Assembly (NCBI GenBank): GCA_963664405.1
Contig: OY761158.1
Span: 96,001-160,000, forward strand
Length of the DNA: 64,000 bases
From: Thermoanaerobaculia bacterium
GTDB taxonomy: Bacteria > Acidobacteriota > Thermoanaerobaculia > Multivoradales > Multivoraceae
Direction: 5' to 3'
The position numbers were made by a program, and so were the translations under genes. Below are positions 1 to 10,647 of this stretch, piece by piece. The notes beneath the pieces are model-generated. The model had not been told where the DNA came from. It was given only the letters and a program-made list of their open reading frames with translations, and did not search any database. Within the stretch, counting starts at the first letter, position 1, and every line of letters starts with the position of its first letter.

Positions 1-1212
1 ACGCAGTTTGGCGTCCTCGGGCCGGAGTCGGACCGCCTCCCGGAAGCTTTCGACCGCTCCGCGCTTCCACTCCGGATTTCTACGCTGCACTTCGCCAAGC
101 AATTTGTAGTACTCGGCCTGGGAATCGAGTATCACCGCCTGCTGCATGAGGTCCAGGACGCCTTGGAAGTCCTCCTGCATGTAGAGGAATTTTGCCCGAG
201 AGTACATCTCTCTCGCGACGCCACTCTTCTCTTCTTGGCGCTCCTCGCTCAGAGCTTGCCGGACTTCGGGTCCGAGCTCATGATCGTATTGGCGCCGACG
301 GTCAGGATGGCTGAGCTGGAGGTAGGCCTCGGTGACTTTGTCAAAGATGAGATCGAGGGCCGCCTCCCGCCCCTCGAGAGAGAGCTTGCTGCCGTTGTCC
401 GGATGGGCGAGACAGGCCGCGTTCACGAAGCTTCGGTGAATCGCCGGCTCGTCGGAGTGCCTATCTAGACCGAGGATCTCATAGCTGTTCCAGCCCCCGA
501 CATTCCGTAGCATGTCGGCAAGCCAGGTGCGATGCTGCTCCGGCGAGAGAGTCGGCGGACGACTTTCCAGCTCGAGCCGGATTCTTGACAGGAAAAGCTC
601 ACGGGAGTGGGTGCTGATCCCTCGCGCCTTCTCCACACCCTTCTCAGAAACGGGCTCCAGCAAGCCCACCGTTCTCAGGCGCACCAGGCCTTCGAGAAAA
701 GCCGCCTCTTCTTCGCCGTCGGGCACCACCTCACCGAGTGTTCTGGGCTGAAGGAACTTGCTCAGAAGGGCTTCGAGACCCTCTCCTATGTCAGGGAGCG
801 CCGAAGCCCCCAGGCGACTGCCAAATGCCACCTTCAACGAAGTAGCCGGGCCCCTGAGAACCTTCCACAACGCCAGGACATCCTTGCCCAAAACACTCGC
901 TTCCATCAAGAGAACGGCGGCCGCGACCTCTTCGCCGACCTCCTCGACCACCGGTCCATCCAGCGGCAGGAAGTGGACATCTTTCGCCGGCGACTCGGCC
1001 AGGTGGCGAATGAGCTCCTCCATAGTGGGAGCCCCCTCCCCGGCTTCAAAGAAGATGCCTCCCTCCGAGAGGCGAAGGCGCTGGCAGGTCTCACCGGTCC
1101 GGATCTCGAGAATCCCTGAGCGAGACTCTTCCACCAGCGCGGCGACGAGTTGCACGGCTGACTCCGCCCCACGGCGCTTCGATCTCTGAGTCGCTTCGCC
1201 ACCGTCGCTCAT
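1..1212 (-). CDS. J-domain (DnaJ-like) protein with C-terminal TPR repeats; runs off the window edge (partial)
   Basis: Not in the ORF track. Manual translation from ATG 1212 (ATGA overlap with the uvrC stop) gives ...WNSYEILGLDR...LAHPDNG (HPD at 397-405)...EAYLQLSHPDRRRQYD, then TPR-like helices (AEYYKLLGEV, AVESFREAVRLRPED). Confidence 0.8.
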   Translation of the reverse strand, partial: MSDGGEATQRSKRRGAESAVQLVAALVEESRSGILEIRTGETCQRLRLSEGGIFFEAGEGAPTMEELIRHLAESPAKDVHFLPLDGPVVEEVGEEVAAAVLLMEASVLGKDVLALWKVLRGPATSLKVAFGSRLGASALPDIGEGLEALLSKFLQPRTLGEVVPDGEEEAAFLEGLVRLRTVGLLEPVSEKGVEKARGISTHSRELFLSRIRLELESRPPTLSPEQHRTWLADMLRNVGGWNSYEILGLDRHSDEPAIHRSFVNAACLAHPDNGSKLSLEGREAALDLIFDKVTEAYLQLSHPDRRRQYDHELGPEVRQALSEERQEEKSGVAREMYSRAKFLYMQEDFQGVLDLMQQAVILDSQAEYYKLLGEVQRRNPEWKRGAVESFREAVRLRPEDAKLR

Positions 1213-3050
1213 GTCGATATTCTACCGGAGCCTCCACTCTCGCTTCCCGCCGCTTCAGCTTCGAGCTGACTCCAAACGCTTTGGCCGATGCGAGGACCCA
1301 AGACGCCCTGGATCTCCTCGAGGCTCGCCCGCTTGAGTCCGGCGAAGCTGCCAAAGTGGCGAACAAGAAGCTGCCTACGCCTTTGCCCCACCCCTTGTAG
1401 ATCGTCGAAGCGCGTCCGCAACATGCGAGCCGAGCGGCGGCGGCGGTGACGGGAAAGAGCGAAACGGTGGGCCTCGTCGCGGATCTGTTGCAGCAAGCGC
1501 AGTCCCGAGTCACGACGCGGTAGTCGCAATGGTTCGGGAAGATCGGGGAGATAGATCTCCTCCTCCCTCTTGGCCAGACCCGCCACCGGTGTCTCCTCGA
1601 CACCGAGCACAGCCAGGGCTTGTAGCGCCGCGTTGAGCTGCCCCCGGCCCCCGTCGATCAAAATGAGGTCCGGCATCGTTCCGACCTCCTCCAAGCGCCT
1701 ACGATAGGCCCGCCCTACCGCTTGCCGCATGGATTCGAAGTCGTCGGGTCGATCGAGATCTCGGATGTTGAAGCTGCGATAGTCCTTCTTTCGCATCTTT
1801 CCCCCCTCCCACACGACTAGGGACGCGACCGTCTCGCCGCCCTGAAGGGTCGAGATGTCGAAGCCCTCTATCCGAGAGGGAAGCTCTTCCAAGCGTAGAT
1901 GCTCGCGCAGGCTCTCGCTGGCGGCCAGATGAGGCGCCGCACCGCGAAAACGCCGGTGATAGGACATCTTCGCGTTTCGCATCGCCAGTTCTACGCGATC
2001 AGCTTTGGTGCCGCGGGCCGGGAGTCGTAGGTAGACCTTCTCTCCCTTGCGCTCCGAGAGCCAGCCGAGAAGGGGCTCCTCCCCTTCGATCGGCACCGGC
2101 AGATGAAGCTCCTTGGGAATGAATGTGGTGCGGTCGTAGATCTGCGGCAGGAGCTCCGAGAGCAGCCGCCGCTCGCCAAGCCCGGTCTCCCCCTCCCAGA
2201 AATACTCACGACGGTCGAGAACCTGTCCGCCACGCATGATGAAACAGGTCACGGCGGCGTTCTCACCGGCGATGAAGACGCCGTAGATATCCACATCCTC
2301 CCCCCGTTGCGAGGAGAGCTTGCGCCGCTCACTAATCGATTCGATCTCAAAGACAGCGTCTCTGAGCTCCGCCGCTCGCTCGTACTCGAGTCGACTGGAG
2401 GCATCCATCATCCGGCCGCGCAGAGAGCGCAGCAGCTCTTGATTACGGCCGCCGAGGAAGAGGCGAGCTCTCTCAACGGCGTCCGAGTACTCTTCGGCAC
2501 TCGTCAGGCCCGCAACGCAAGGCCCGAGACAGCGCTTCATGTCGTGATACAAGCAGGGACGAGGCAGCCTTCCGTCGATCTCGATCTGGCAGACGCGAAC
2601 CCCGAATAGCTTCTGAACCAGCTTGATCGCTTTGCGAGCCAGCCCTGCCGGAAGGAAAGGTCCGTAGTACTCCGCGCCGTCATCGCGCACCCGCCGAGTG
2701 AAAGCGATACGTGGATAGCCCTCTTCGACGGTCAGCTTGAGATAGGGGTACGTCTTGTCGTCGCGCAGTCGAATGTTGAAGCGCGGCTGCCCCTTCTTTA
2801 TCCAGTTGTTCTCGAGATAGAGAGCCTCCGCTTCGGAGTCGGTGACCACGAAATCGAGGCGCTCGGCCTCCGCCATCATCGCAGCCAGGCGGGGCTCGAG
2901 ATCCGGCTTCAAATAGCTGGCGGCGCGCTTGCGAAGAGACTTTGCCTTCCCAACATAGAGCGGCGAGCCTTCCCGATCGCGAAAGATGTAGATCCCGGGC
3001 TGATCCGGCAGCTCTGTGACTCTTGCGCCAAGAGGGTGTTGATACGGCAT
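1209..3050 (-). CDS. uvrC: Excinuclease ABC subunit C
   Basis: GIY-YIG domain (PGIYIF...LYVGKAKSLRKR), RIEGFDIS, DLILIDGGRGQL, RDEAHRFA, C-terminal HhH. Confidence 0.98.
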   Translation of the reverse strand: MPYQHPLGARVTELPDQPGIYIFRDREGSPLYVGKAKSLRKRAASYLKPDLEPRLAAMMAEAERLDFVVTDSEAEALYLENNWIKKGQPRFNIRLRDDKTYPYLKLTVEEGYPRIAFTRRVRDDGAEYYGPFLPAGLARKAIKLVQKLFGVRVCQIEIDGRLPRPCLYHDMKRCLGPCVAGLTSAEEYSDAVERARLFLGGRNQELLRSLRGRMMDASSRLEYERAAELRDAVFEIESISERRKLSSQRGEDVDIYGVFIAGENAAVTCFIMRGGQVLDRREYFWEGETGLGERRLLSELLPQIYDRTTFIPKELHLPVPIEGEEPLLGWLSERKGEKVYLRLPARGTKADRVELAMRNAKMSYHRRFRGAAPHLAASESLREHLRLEELPSRIEGFDISTLQGGETVASLVVWEGGKMRKKDYRSFNIRDLDRPDDFESMRQAVGRAYRRRLEEVGTMPDLILIDGGRGQLNAALQALAVLGVEETPVAGLAKREEEIYLPDLPEPLRLPRRDSGLRLLQQIRDEAHRFALSRHRRRRSARMLRTRFDDLQGVGQRRRQLLVRHFGSFAGLKRASLEEIQGVLGPRIGQSVWSQLEAEAAGSESGGSGRIST

Positions 3051-3053
3051 GAC

Positions 3054-5045
3054 TCAGGGAGCAAGAACCATCGCATCACGAAGAGTCTGAATCTGGTCGC
3101 GCAGCGCCGCTGCCTCTTCGAACTCGAGACGTTTGGCCGCAGCGCGCATCTCCTTCTCCAACGCTCGCACCTGCTCGGCGAGCGGCTTCGTCGAGGCCTC
3201 GGCGATAGCCGAGAGCCGTTCCATCCCGGTGTCGTGATAGTCGAGGTTGCTCATCTGAACCAGCGGATTGTGGATCTCTTTGATGACGGTCGCCGGTTCG
3301 ATACCGTGTTGGCGATTGTATTCACCCTGTCGTTGGCGCCGTCGCTCTGTCTCCTCGAGAGTCTTGCGCATCGAGTTGGTCTCTCGATCGGCGTAGAGAA
3401 TCACCCTCCCATTCACGTTGCGAGCGGCGCGCCCTGCGGTCTGGATCAGCGAAGTCTCGCTGCGCAGAAACCCTTCTTTGTCCGCGTCGAGGACCGCCAC
3501 CAGCGAGACCTCGGGCAAGTCGAGCCCTTCGCGAAGCAGATTGATCCCGACCAGGATGTCGAAGTCACCGCGGCGCAGCGCCGCGGTGATCTGCACTCGC
3601 TCCAGCGTGTCGATGTCGCTGTGCAGGTATCGAGCCTTGAGCCCGAACTCACGAAGGTACTGGGTGAGCTCCTCGGCCATTCGCTTGGTGAGGGTGGTGA
3701 TGAGGACTCGCTCCTTCTCGGCGACTACCTTTTGGACTTCCTCGAGCAAATCGTCGACCTGACGCTGCGCAGGTCGTACTTCGATCCGCGGATCCAATAA
3801 ACCGGTTGGACGAATCACCTGCTCGACAACGACACCGCCACTGCGCTCCAGCTCCCAAGCAGACGGCGTAGCCGAGACGTAGATTCTTTGCCCGATCCGC
3901 TCATCGAACTCCTCGAAAGTGAGGGGGCGGTTATCCAAAGCGCTCGGAAGGCGGAAGCCGTAGTCGACGAGAGTCTGTTTGCGAGAGCGATCGCCAGCGT
4001 ACATACCGCGGACCTGCGGAACCGTCTGGTGACTTTCATCGATGATGAGCAAGAAGTCCTCGGACAGATAGTCGAGCAGGGTTGGCGGCGGCTCACCAGC
4101 CCTTCGGCCAGTCAGATGCCGAGAGTAGTTCTCGATCCCCTGGCAATAGCCCAACTCCTTCATCATCTCCAGATCAAAGCGAGTACGCTGTTCCAGACGC
4201 TGCGCCTCGAGCAGCTTCCCCTCACGCTCGAGCTCGCTCAAGCATGACTCCAGCTCGTCGCGGATCGCCGCGATGGCCTGCTTGAGCGTATCTTTAGGCG
4301 TGACGTAGTGACTCTGCGGATAGACCGGGACCTGGTCGAGATCTTCGAGCCGCTTTCCAGTCAGAGTGTCGAAGCGTTGCAGAGCCTCGATCTCGTCGCC
4401 AAAGTACTCGACTCGGATTCCTCGCTCGTCGTAGGAGGGAAGAATCTCGAGAATGTCACCGCGGAGACGAAACGACCCGGGAGAGAGATCCATGTGGGTG
4501 CGCTTGTACTGCATCTCGGCAAGCCGCCGCAGAGCGGCATCGAGGCCATCTTCCTCTCCCCTGCGAAAGTAGTGCAGCATGCCGGAGAAGGAATCGGGGG
4601 AGCCCAGTCCGTAAATGCATGAAACCGACGAGACGACGACAACGTCCCTCCTTTCACAGAGAGAGGTGGTCGTTCTCAGACGGAGGCGCTCGAGATCTTC
4701 GTTGACTGAGGTCTCTTTCTCGACATAGGTATCGCTCTGCGGAACGTACGCCTCCGGCTGGTAATAGTCGTAATAGGAGACGAAGTACTCGACAGCGTTG
4801 TTGGGGAAGAACGCCTTGAACTCTTGATAGAGCTGAGCCGCCAGAGTTTTGTTGTGAGAGAGGACCAGGGCCGGGCGCTGAAGAGCCTCGATGACCTTCG
4901 CTACGGTAAAGGTCTTGCCGGAACCAGTGACCCCGAGCAGCACCTGCTCCGAGTCTCCCGCGCGCAGCCGCGCCGCGAGATCACGAATGGCCCTCGGCTG
5001 ATCGCCCTGCGGAGAGAAGTTCGAAACAAGATCGAAACGCTGCAC
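3054..5045 (-). CDS. uvrB: Excinuclease ABC subunit B
   Basis: [45 protein letters not shown]-terminal UVR domain; start trimmed to GTG 5045 (VQRFDL). Confidence 0.98.
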   Translation of the reverse strand: MQRFDLVSNFSPQGDQPRAIRDLAARLRAGDSEQVLLGVTGSGKTFTVAKVIEALQRPALVLSHNKTLAAQLYQEFKAFFPNNAVEYFVSYYDYYQPEAYVPQSDTYVEKETSVNEDLERLRLRTTTSLCERRDVVVVSSVSCIYGLGSPDSFSGMLHYFRRGEEDGLDAALRRLAEMQYKRTHMDLSPGSFRLRGDILEILPSYDERGIRVEYFGDEIEALQRFDTLTGKRLEDLDQVPVYPQSHYVTPKDTLKQAIAAIRDELESCLSELEREGKLLEAQRLEQRTRFDLEMMKELGYCQGIENYSRHLTGRRAGEPPPTLLDYLSEDFLLIIDESHQTVPQVRGMYAGDRSRKQTLVDYGFRLPSALDNRPLTFEEFDERIGQRIYVSATPSAWELERSGGVVVEQVIRPTGLLDPRIEVRPAQRQVDDLLEEVQKVVAEKERVLITTLTKRMAEELTQYLREFGLKARYLHSDIDTLERVQITAALRRGDFDILVGINLLREGLDLPEVSLVAVLDADKEGFLRSETSLIQTAGRAARNVNGRVILYADRETNSMRKTLEETERRRQRQGEYNRQHGIEPATVIKEIHNPLVQMSNLDYHDTGMERLSAIAEASTKPLAEQVRALEKEMRAAAKRLEFEEAAALRDQIQTLRDAMVLAP

Positions 5046-5047
5046 AC

Positions 5048-5563
5048 TCAGGCCTCTTCGATTAGAGGCACACCCCACAACGCGGGTCCGCCCGGAGCCC
5101 ACAGCTCGGCGACAGGGCCGGTCTCGCCCAAGCCCTCCAGCGCTGCTGTCAGATCCTGAAGATGCTCTCGTCGCACCTCTTGACGCTGGGCCTTCCTCAG
5201 ACACTCGACGATCATCGACAGGGTAGCCTCGAATTCGACCGCGTCTACCGTCTTTCTCTTCACCGCCTGCCGCGCCGACGAGAAGGCGTCCTGGAGACGG
5301 CGCCTCTCTGCCTCGCCCCAATCCTCGGGCGCGTTCTCCACCAGAGCCTGCTCTGAAACCAACAGCATCCAACGCAGAACTCGGCCGGGCCGAGCCATCA
5401 AGACGAGTAGGAGCAGCCCACAGAGAAGTGCCAAGGTGAGGCAGCCAACCCCGCAGCCATAGAGAGCTCGCTTGTCAACATCCGCGGGATTACCTCCCAC
5501 GCCATCGGGCTGAAAGGGAGCTCCGGGCTCGATCGCTTCGCTCTCGGTGGACGGATCAGTCAT
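5048..5563 (-). CDS. Hypothetical membrane-anchored helical protein
   Basis: ORF from MTDPS with YGCGVGCL followed by a hydrophobic segment; stop 2 bp before the uvrB start. Confidence 0.6.
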   Translation of the reverse strand: MTDPSTESEAIEPGAPFQPDGVGGNPADVDKRALYGCGVGCLTLALLCGLLLLVLMARPGRVLRWMLLVSEQALVENAPEDWGEAERRRLQDAFSSARQAVKRKTVDAVEFEATLSMIVECLRKAQRQEVRREHLQDLTAALEGLGETGPVAELWAPGGPALWGVPLIEEA

Positions 5564-5644
5564 CGCAGGTGGACCGTAACACCAGCCGGCCCGGAGCGCT
5601 TGACGATGGCTCAGACTCCCGCTTCCGCCTGCGGTGCCGGCCCG

Positions 5645-5650
5645 TATAAT
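5645..5650 (+). promoter_or_regulatory. Candidate sigma70 -10 element for the PBP1A gene
   Basis: Perfect TATAAT 17 bp before GTG 5668 in a GC-rich divergent intergenic region; no clear -35. Confidence 0.45.
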
Positions 5651-5667
5651 ACTCTCGCGAGGACTGC

Positions 5668-8109
5668 GTGAAGAAGAGCCAGGCAAAAGCTCAGAGCCCC
5701 AGATCTACAGCGCACATCGTGCGCCGACGGCTCCTCCAGTTTCTGGGTATCTTCGTTCTCGGTGTTACCACCGGAGTCGGTGTCGCAGCCGTCATCAAGA
5801 TCCCTTCAGTCGACGCAATCGGCGACTTCTCTCCTGGGCTGATCACCGAAGTGCAAGACGCCCACGGCGTGCCCTTCCGCACTTATGCGATCGAGCGCCG
5901 AATGCTTCTCGAAGAGGGTGAGATCTCGCCGGTCCTGCGCCAGGCCTTGCTCGCGGCAGAGGACAAGAATTTCTACGAGCATGGAGGGCTGGACCTGGCG
6001 GCGACGGTCCGCTCCGCGATCATCAACCTTCGCAGGGGAAGACGGGCTACCGGTGCCTCGACGATCACCATGCAGCTCGCGCGGACCTACTTCAACCTCT
6101 CGCGCGAAAAGAAGTGGCAGCGAAAAGTTCAAGAGACGCTGATCTCGGTCGAGTTGGAAAAGCGTCTTTCCAAGGAACAGATCCTTACCCTCTACTGCAA
6201 CATCATCAACCTCGGCGAAGGTCGCTACGGGATGAAGGCGGCGGCGGATTACTACTTCGGCAAGTCCGTCGCCGATCTGACCCTTAGCGAGGCGACCTCC
6301 TTGACGGCAATCATTCCGAGACCGAGCGAGCGGAGCCCCTATCGCCGGCCTGATGTCGTGATCCGGGAGCGCAACGTCATTCTGGGTCGGATGCTGCAAG
6401 AGAAAATGATCTCGAAGGAGGACTACGACACAGCTACCTCCGCACCGCTCGACCTCATCACCCGTAAGCGCACTCCCGAGCCCGGCCGCTATTTCGCAGA
6501 GGACGTTCGCCGCTATATGGAGACCAACCACGGAGTCGACAGTCTCTACCAGCGCGGCCTGCGCATCCACACCACGCTCGACCTCCCAATGCAGCGGGCC
6601 GCCGAGCGCGCGGTGCGAAACGGGCTCTCGCGGCTGGATCGGCGCAAAGGCTGGCGTCGAGCGACCCGGCGCCTCGATGAGGGCGAAGTCGCGGAGACGG
6701 TCGAGCTGGCTTCGTGGCCGGAACAGCTGCAACTCGAGGACTGGTACGAGGGCGTGGTGCTGGAGGTCGATCGCGAGGTGGCTCGCATTCGAATCGGCAA
6801 TGGCACCTTTGTTCTGGACCTCGAAGGCGCGGACTGGACCGGAACGAAGGATCTCAGGCGGCTCTTCGAGGCGGGAGAGATCGCCTGGTTCGAGTTGCTC
6901 GAGCTAGAGGAGTCGCAGGCCGAGGCCGACCAAGAGATCACCGTCTCGGGAAGGCTGGCACTGCGCCAGGAGCCGCAGATCGAGGCGGCTCTACTGATGA
7001 TCGAGTCGAGCTCTGGTGCGGTCCGGGCCATGGTCGGGGGCTGGGACTACGGGCGCAGTCAGTTCAATCGCGCCACGCAGGCAAGGCGACAAGTCGGATC
7101 CGCCTTCAAGCCCTTTGTCTTCGGCGCAGCCCTCGAAGCGGGTTATACGCCGGCGGATACCATCTTCGATGCTCCGGTTGTCTTTCCCGGCGCGGACCTG
7201 CTGATGAACTACAGCCCGCGCAATTACAAAAGGGAGTATCTCGGAATAATCACTCTGAGGCGGGCGCTGGAAAAATCGATCAACCTATCCACCACAAAGC
7301 TCCTCGACATGGTCGGGGCCGAGCGGGTCATCGACTTCGCGAATCGTTGCGGAATCGAGGCCGATCTGCCTCCCTACCCCAGTCTCGCACTCGGCGCCGC
7401 CGACCTGACTCCCCTCGAGCTCGCATCGGCCTACGCCACGCTCGGCAACCAGGGGGTTCGGGTCGAGCCTTATCTGATCGAGCGCATCACCACTCGGGAC
7501 GGTCGCCTCATAGAGGAACATATACCGCGCGCAGTCGAGGTCATAGAACCGGAGGTAGCGTACGTCCTCACCCATATGCTGCAGGGGGTGTTCCGTCGAG
7601 GAACCGCGGTGAGCGCCGCCGACCTGCCAATCGCGGTCGCCGGTAAGACGGGGACGACCGACTCCTATACCGATGCGTGGTTCGCGGGCTTTACACCCCG
7701 CTATTCGCTGCTGGTTTGGGTGGGCTATGACCAGGTACGCTATCTCGGCCCGGGGATGACCGGCGCCGCAGCAGCTCTTCCGATCTGGCGATCCGTTATC
7801 GATCAGGGCCTGAGCGATGGCTGGCTTCAGGCCGACGAGAAGTTCCTACGCCCCCCGGGAGTCTCCACCCGCCGAGTCGAATACAACACCGGCCTACTTG
7901 CCACCCATGAAGCGTCGCGAACCCTCGACGAGAGCTTCATCGCCGGCACCGAGCCCGTCCAGACCTACGATCCGAGCTGGAACAGGGTTATCGGCCTCCC
8001 CTGGTTCCAGCAGCGCCCCTTCTACGGGTTGCCGAAAGAGGGTGAACGAATGCCGGAGGACATCGACGACTGGAGTCTGGTCCTGGAGAGATGGGAGTCG
8101 AAGGACTAA
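5668..8109 (+). CDS. Class A penicillin-binding protein (PBP1A family)
   Basis: N-terminal TM; glycosyltransferase motifs EDKNFYEHGG, GASTITMQL, RKVQE; transpeptidase motifs SAFK, SIN, KTGT. Confidence 0.95.
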   Translation: MKKSQAKAQSPRSTAHIVRRRLLQFLGIFVLGVTTGVGVAAVIKIPSVDAIGDFSPGLITEVQDAHGVPFRTYAIERRMLLEEGEISPVLRQALLAAEDKNFYEHGGLDLAATVRSAIINLRRGRRATGASTITMQLARTYFNLSREKKWQRKVQETLISVELEKRLSKEQILTLYCNIINLGEGRYGMKAAADYYFGKSVADLTLSEATSLTAIIPRPSERSPYRRPDVVIRERNVILGRMLQEKMISKEDYDTATSAPLDLITRKRTPEPGRYFAEDVRRYMETNHGVDSLYQRGLRIHTTLDLPMQRAAERAVRNGLSRLDRRKGWRRATRRLDEGEVAETVELASWPEQLQLEDWYEGVVLEVDREVARIRIGNGTFVLDLEGADWTGTKDLRRLFEAGEIAWFELLELEESQAEADQEITVSGRLALRQEPQIEAALLMIESSSGAVRAMVGGWDYGRSQFNRATQARRQVGSAFKPFVFGAALEAGYTPADTIFDAPVVFPGADLLMNYSPRNYKREYLGIITLRRALEKSINLSTTKLLDMVGAERVIDFANRCGIEADLPPYPSLALGAADLTPLELASAYATLGNQGVRVEPYLIERITTRDGRLIEEHIPRAVEVIEPEVAYVLTHMLQGVFRRGTAVSAADLPIAVAGKTGTTDSYTDAWFAGFTPRYSLLVWVGYDQVRYLGPGMTGAAAALPIWRSVIDQGLSDGWLQADEKFLRPPGVSTRRVEYNTGLLATHEASRTLDESFIAGTEPVQTYDPSWNRVIGLPWFQQRPFYGLPKEGERMPEDIDDWSLVLERWESKD

Positions 8110-8179
8110 AAGGAAGACGGCAACGACGAAGAAGGAAAGACAGAGCCTGCCGGCTAGTACATGCGGCCACGAGTACTCG

Positions 8180-9382
8180 TCACTTGCGAGCGATCACGGC
8201 GTAATCCTGGAACCCGAAGAGAGTCTCGTCGAGTCGATCTCGCAAAACATTGATCTCGTGCGCGAGAGCCTTCTCGCCCCCCTGGAGAGCCGCTACATCG
8301 AGCTCGGGTAGGCTCTCTTGGCAAGAGAAGGGGTGGAGGTCGCGTATCTCGACATCTTCGAAGCCCGCCATCTCAACACTCAACCGAAGCGCATCGGGGT
8401 GAATCGGCCTGCGATGAGTCGGGTCGCGCCAGAAGTGGCTGGCCGCCACCACCAGAGAGCGCGGATTCGGCGTTTCCAAGATCAACAAACCACCTGGCTC
8501 GAGGGCCCGCCAAGCGAGCCGAACGAGACGCGCTACATCTTGGCGAGGAAGGTGCTCGATGACGTGGAAGGAGAGCAGGGCATCGAAACTCCCCTCCGGC
8601 GCCGCCGCGAGGAAAGCAAGCAGTTCAGCCTCCTCCACCGCGAGCCCGAGCACCGCACAGGCGCGCACCATTTCTGCACTGGCGTCCACTCCTCGAGCCG
8701 CGACGCCGTGCTCGGCCAGGACCTGTAACGCCTCTCCGCGGCCACAGCCGAGGTCCACCACCCGCTTGCGTCCCGCCAGCAGATCGAGATAGATCGACAG
8801 CCGCTGTTGGATCTCCTCTGAGGTGCCGCGATAACGGTTCTCGAGCTCCGCATAGTCACGCTCCTCGACGGCGCGGGCAAGCCCTTCGACGGAGCTGGAA
8901 CCCTCGGTCTCGCATCGAGCAACGGCAGCGCCGAGAAGCGCCGAAAGCTCGCCTGCCTGACGCCGGTAACGATCGAGCTTTTGGTCGACTCGACCGTAGA
9001 GTGCGTCGTCGTAACGCATCAGCTCCTGCAGCCCCTCCGAGAGAAAAGCTTCGAGCCGTGGGAGCTCGGTCTCGATCTTCTCGGTCCGCGCGGCTAGGGC
9101 GGTGCGGTCGTGGTCGAGGTGCCAAAGGTGTTCGAGAAGAATGAGGTTGAAAACCCGCTGTCGATCCCACAGATCCGCGGTCGCGGTTCGTAGAAAAGGG
9201 CGCAGGACGCGTTTGATGGCGACCGCGATCGAGCCGAGCACACCGCGATGCGTGCGCACAGGGAAGGCGTGATCGCCCTCCCACAGCCAGCGCCAGGCAT
9301 CGAGATCTCGTGTCGGCTCCCCGAGAAAGTCTTCAATCGTCGGCAGCTCTGGCCGGCTCTCTTGGTCCTCAGGGGCTTTCAC
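8180..9382 (-). CDS. Class I SAM-dependent methyltransferase with N-terminal coiled-coil region
   Basis: VVDLGCGRGE, FHVIEHL, LEPGGLLILETPNP, FWRDPTH. Confidence 0.85.
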   Translation of the reverse strand: MKAPEDQESRPELPTIEDFLGEPTRDLDAWRWLWEGDHAFPVRTHRGVLGSIAVAIKRVLRPFLRTATADLWDRQRVFNLILLEHLWHLDHDRTALAARTEKIETELPRLEAFLSEGLQELMRYDDALYGRVDQKLDRYRRQAGELSALLGAAVARCETEGSSSVEGLARAVEERDYAELENRYRGTSEEIQQRLSIYLDLLAGRKRVVDLGCGRGEALQVLAEHGVAARGVDASAEMVRACAVLGLAVEEAELLAFLAAAPEGSFDALLSFHVIEHLPRQDVARLVRLAWRALEPGGLLILETPNPRSLVVAASHFWRDPTHRRPIHPDALRLSVEMAGFEDVEIRDLHPFSCQESLPELDVAALQGGEKALAHEINVLRDRLDETLFGFQDYAVIARK

Positions 9383-9435
9383 CGCATTACCGGCCTAGGG
9401 GCCCTCTCGCGGCGGACCGAAACGGTCGGCGACGG

Positions 9436-9885
9436 TCAAGACTCCGGAGCGACTGTAACCTTGACAACTGCCTCGACGTCACGATGAAAAGACACCTTCA
9501 CCTCGTGCTCACCGAGCTTCTTGATCCCACCTTCGAGATCGATCCGTCGGCGATCGACCGAGAACCCGGCCTCTTCGAGGGCCTCGGCGACTTCGGTGGC
9601 GGTCACCGAGCCATACAAGGTCTCGCTCTCGCCGGCGCGTTTGGTGAGAGTAATGCTGGTCCCGTCCAGACTCGCGGCCTCGACGGCTGCCTCCTCTCTT
9701 TCCTTCAGCCCGCGCTCTTCGATGTTCTTGCGCTGGTGCTCGAACCAACTCGTGTTGGCGGGCGTCGCCTGTACTGCCAGCCCTTGAGGGATGAGGTAGT
9801 TCCTGGCGTAACCCGGCTTTGCCCGGATGACGTCGCCTTGCCCCCCAACATGTTGGAGGTCGCTGAGGAGTATGACTTTCATCAT
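9436..9885 (-). CDS. rplI: 50S ribosomal protein L9
   Basis: MKVILL...GYARNYLIPQGLA, LYGSVT. Confidence 0.97.
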   Translation of the reverse strand: MMKVILLSDLQHVGGQGDVIRAKPGYARNYLIPQGLAVQATPANTSWFEHQRKNIEERGLKEREEAAVEAASLDGTSITLTKRAGESETLYGSVTATEVAEALEEAGFSVDRRRIDLEGGIKKLGEHEVKVSFHRDVEAVVKVTVAPES

Positions 9886-9889
9886 GATC

Positions 9890-10123
9890 TCAATCGATCT
9901 CGAACGGGAGCAAGGCCATATGTCGCGCCCGTTTGATCGCCTGTGCGAGCATTCGTTGATGCCGTGACGAGTTTCCCGAGATCCTTCGCGGCAGGATCTT
10001 GGCTCGCTCCGGAATGAACTGTCTGAGCAAGTTCACATCCTTGTAGTCGATGTACTCGATTCCGTCAGCGGTAAACTTACAGACCTTCCTCCGCCGAAAG
10101 AAGGTCTTTTTTCCTCTCGCCAT
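9890..10123 (-). CDS. rpsR: 30S ribosomal protein S18
   Basis: [35 protein letters not shown]. Confidence 0.98.
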   Translation of the reverse strand: MARGKKTFFRRRKVCKFTADGIEYIDYKDVNLLRQFIPERAKILPRRISGNSSRHQRMLAQAIKRARHMALLPFEID

Positions 10124-10146
10124 CGTCGTTTCCTCCAGCCTTCCCT

Positions 10147-10500
10147 CTACGCCCCGGCCGGGGCTTCGCGGACTTTCTTCTTGCCCTTCCGGGCCGCACG
10201 CTTGAGATCTTCGTCCGTGCGGACGGTAAGAAAGCGCAGAATTTTTTCGTTCTGACGCAGTCGTTGCTCAACTTCTGGAAATGGGTTCACTCCGTCGGCC
10301 TCGACATAGAGCAGAACATACTTGCCTTCGGTGAGCTTTTTGATCGGATAGGCCAGCTTGCGCTTACCCCAGCTCTCTTCCTTCGTGATCACGGCGCCGG
10401 CCGACGTGATCATCGTCTTGTAGTCCTCGGTGAGGCCCACCACCTCCTCGTCACTGAGACGAGGATCGGCAATGAACATCAGTTCATAGCTTCTGTTCAC
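10147..10500 (-). CDS. rpsF: 30S ribosomal protein S6
   Basis: [28 protein letters not shown]; start trimmed to GTG 10500. Confidence 0.97.
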   Translation of the reverse strand: MNRSYELMFIADPRLSDEEVVGLTEDYKTMITSAGAVITKEESWGKRKLAYPIKKLTEGKYVLLYVEADGVNPFPEVEQRLRQNEKILRFLTVRTDEDLKRAARKGKKKVREAPAGA

Positions 10501-10554
10501 CTTAATTCTCCGTACGAAACCGTTGACGCCTTCAGTGGGCGACAAAACCCGCAG

Positions 10555-10582
10555 ATTCTACGCGTTTTCTCACAAAACACAA
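10555..10582 (-). promoter_or_regulatory. Candidate promoter for rpsF-rpsR-rplI
   Basis: Minus strand TTGTGT-16 nt-TAGAAT in an AT-richer patch upstream of rpsF. Confidence 0.4.
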
Positions 10583-10647
10583 TGTCGACGTTTGTTCTCG
10601 ATACCGAGCAGGCCGTCCCCGTATCGGCCAGCCGAGTCGTTTTAGCC

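Noticed and set aside
5046-5372. Long N-terminal extensions of uvrB (likewise mutS, rnc, the FmdB gene and the serine hydrolase in the track)
   Set aside because: They overlap neighbouring real genes and precede the conserved N-termini; they result from longest-ORF calling in GC-rich DNA.
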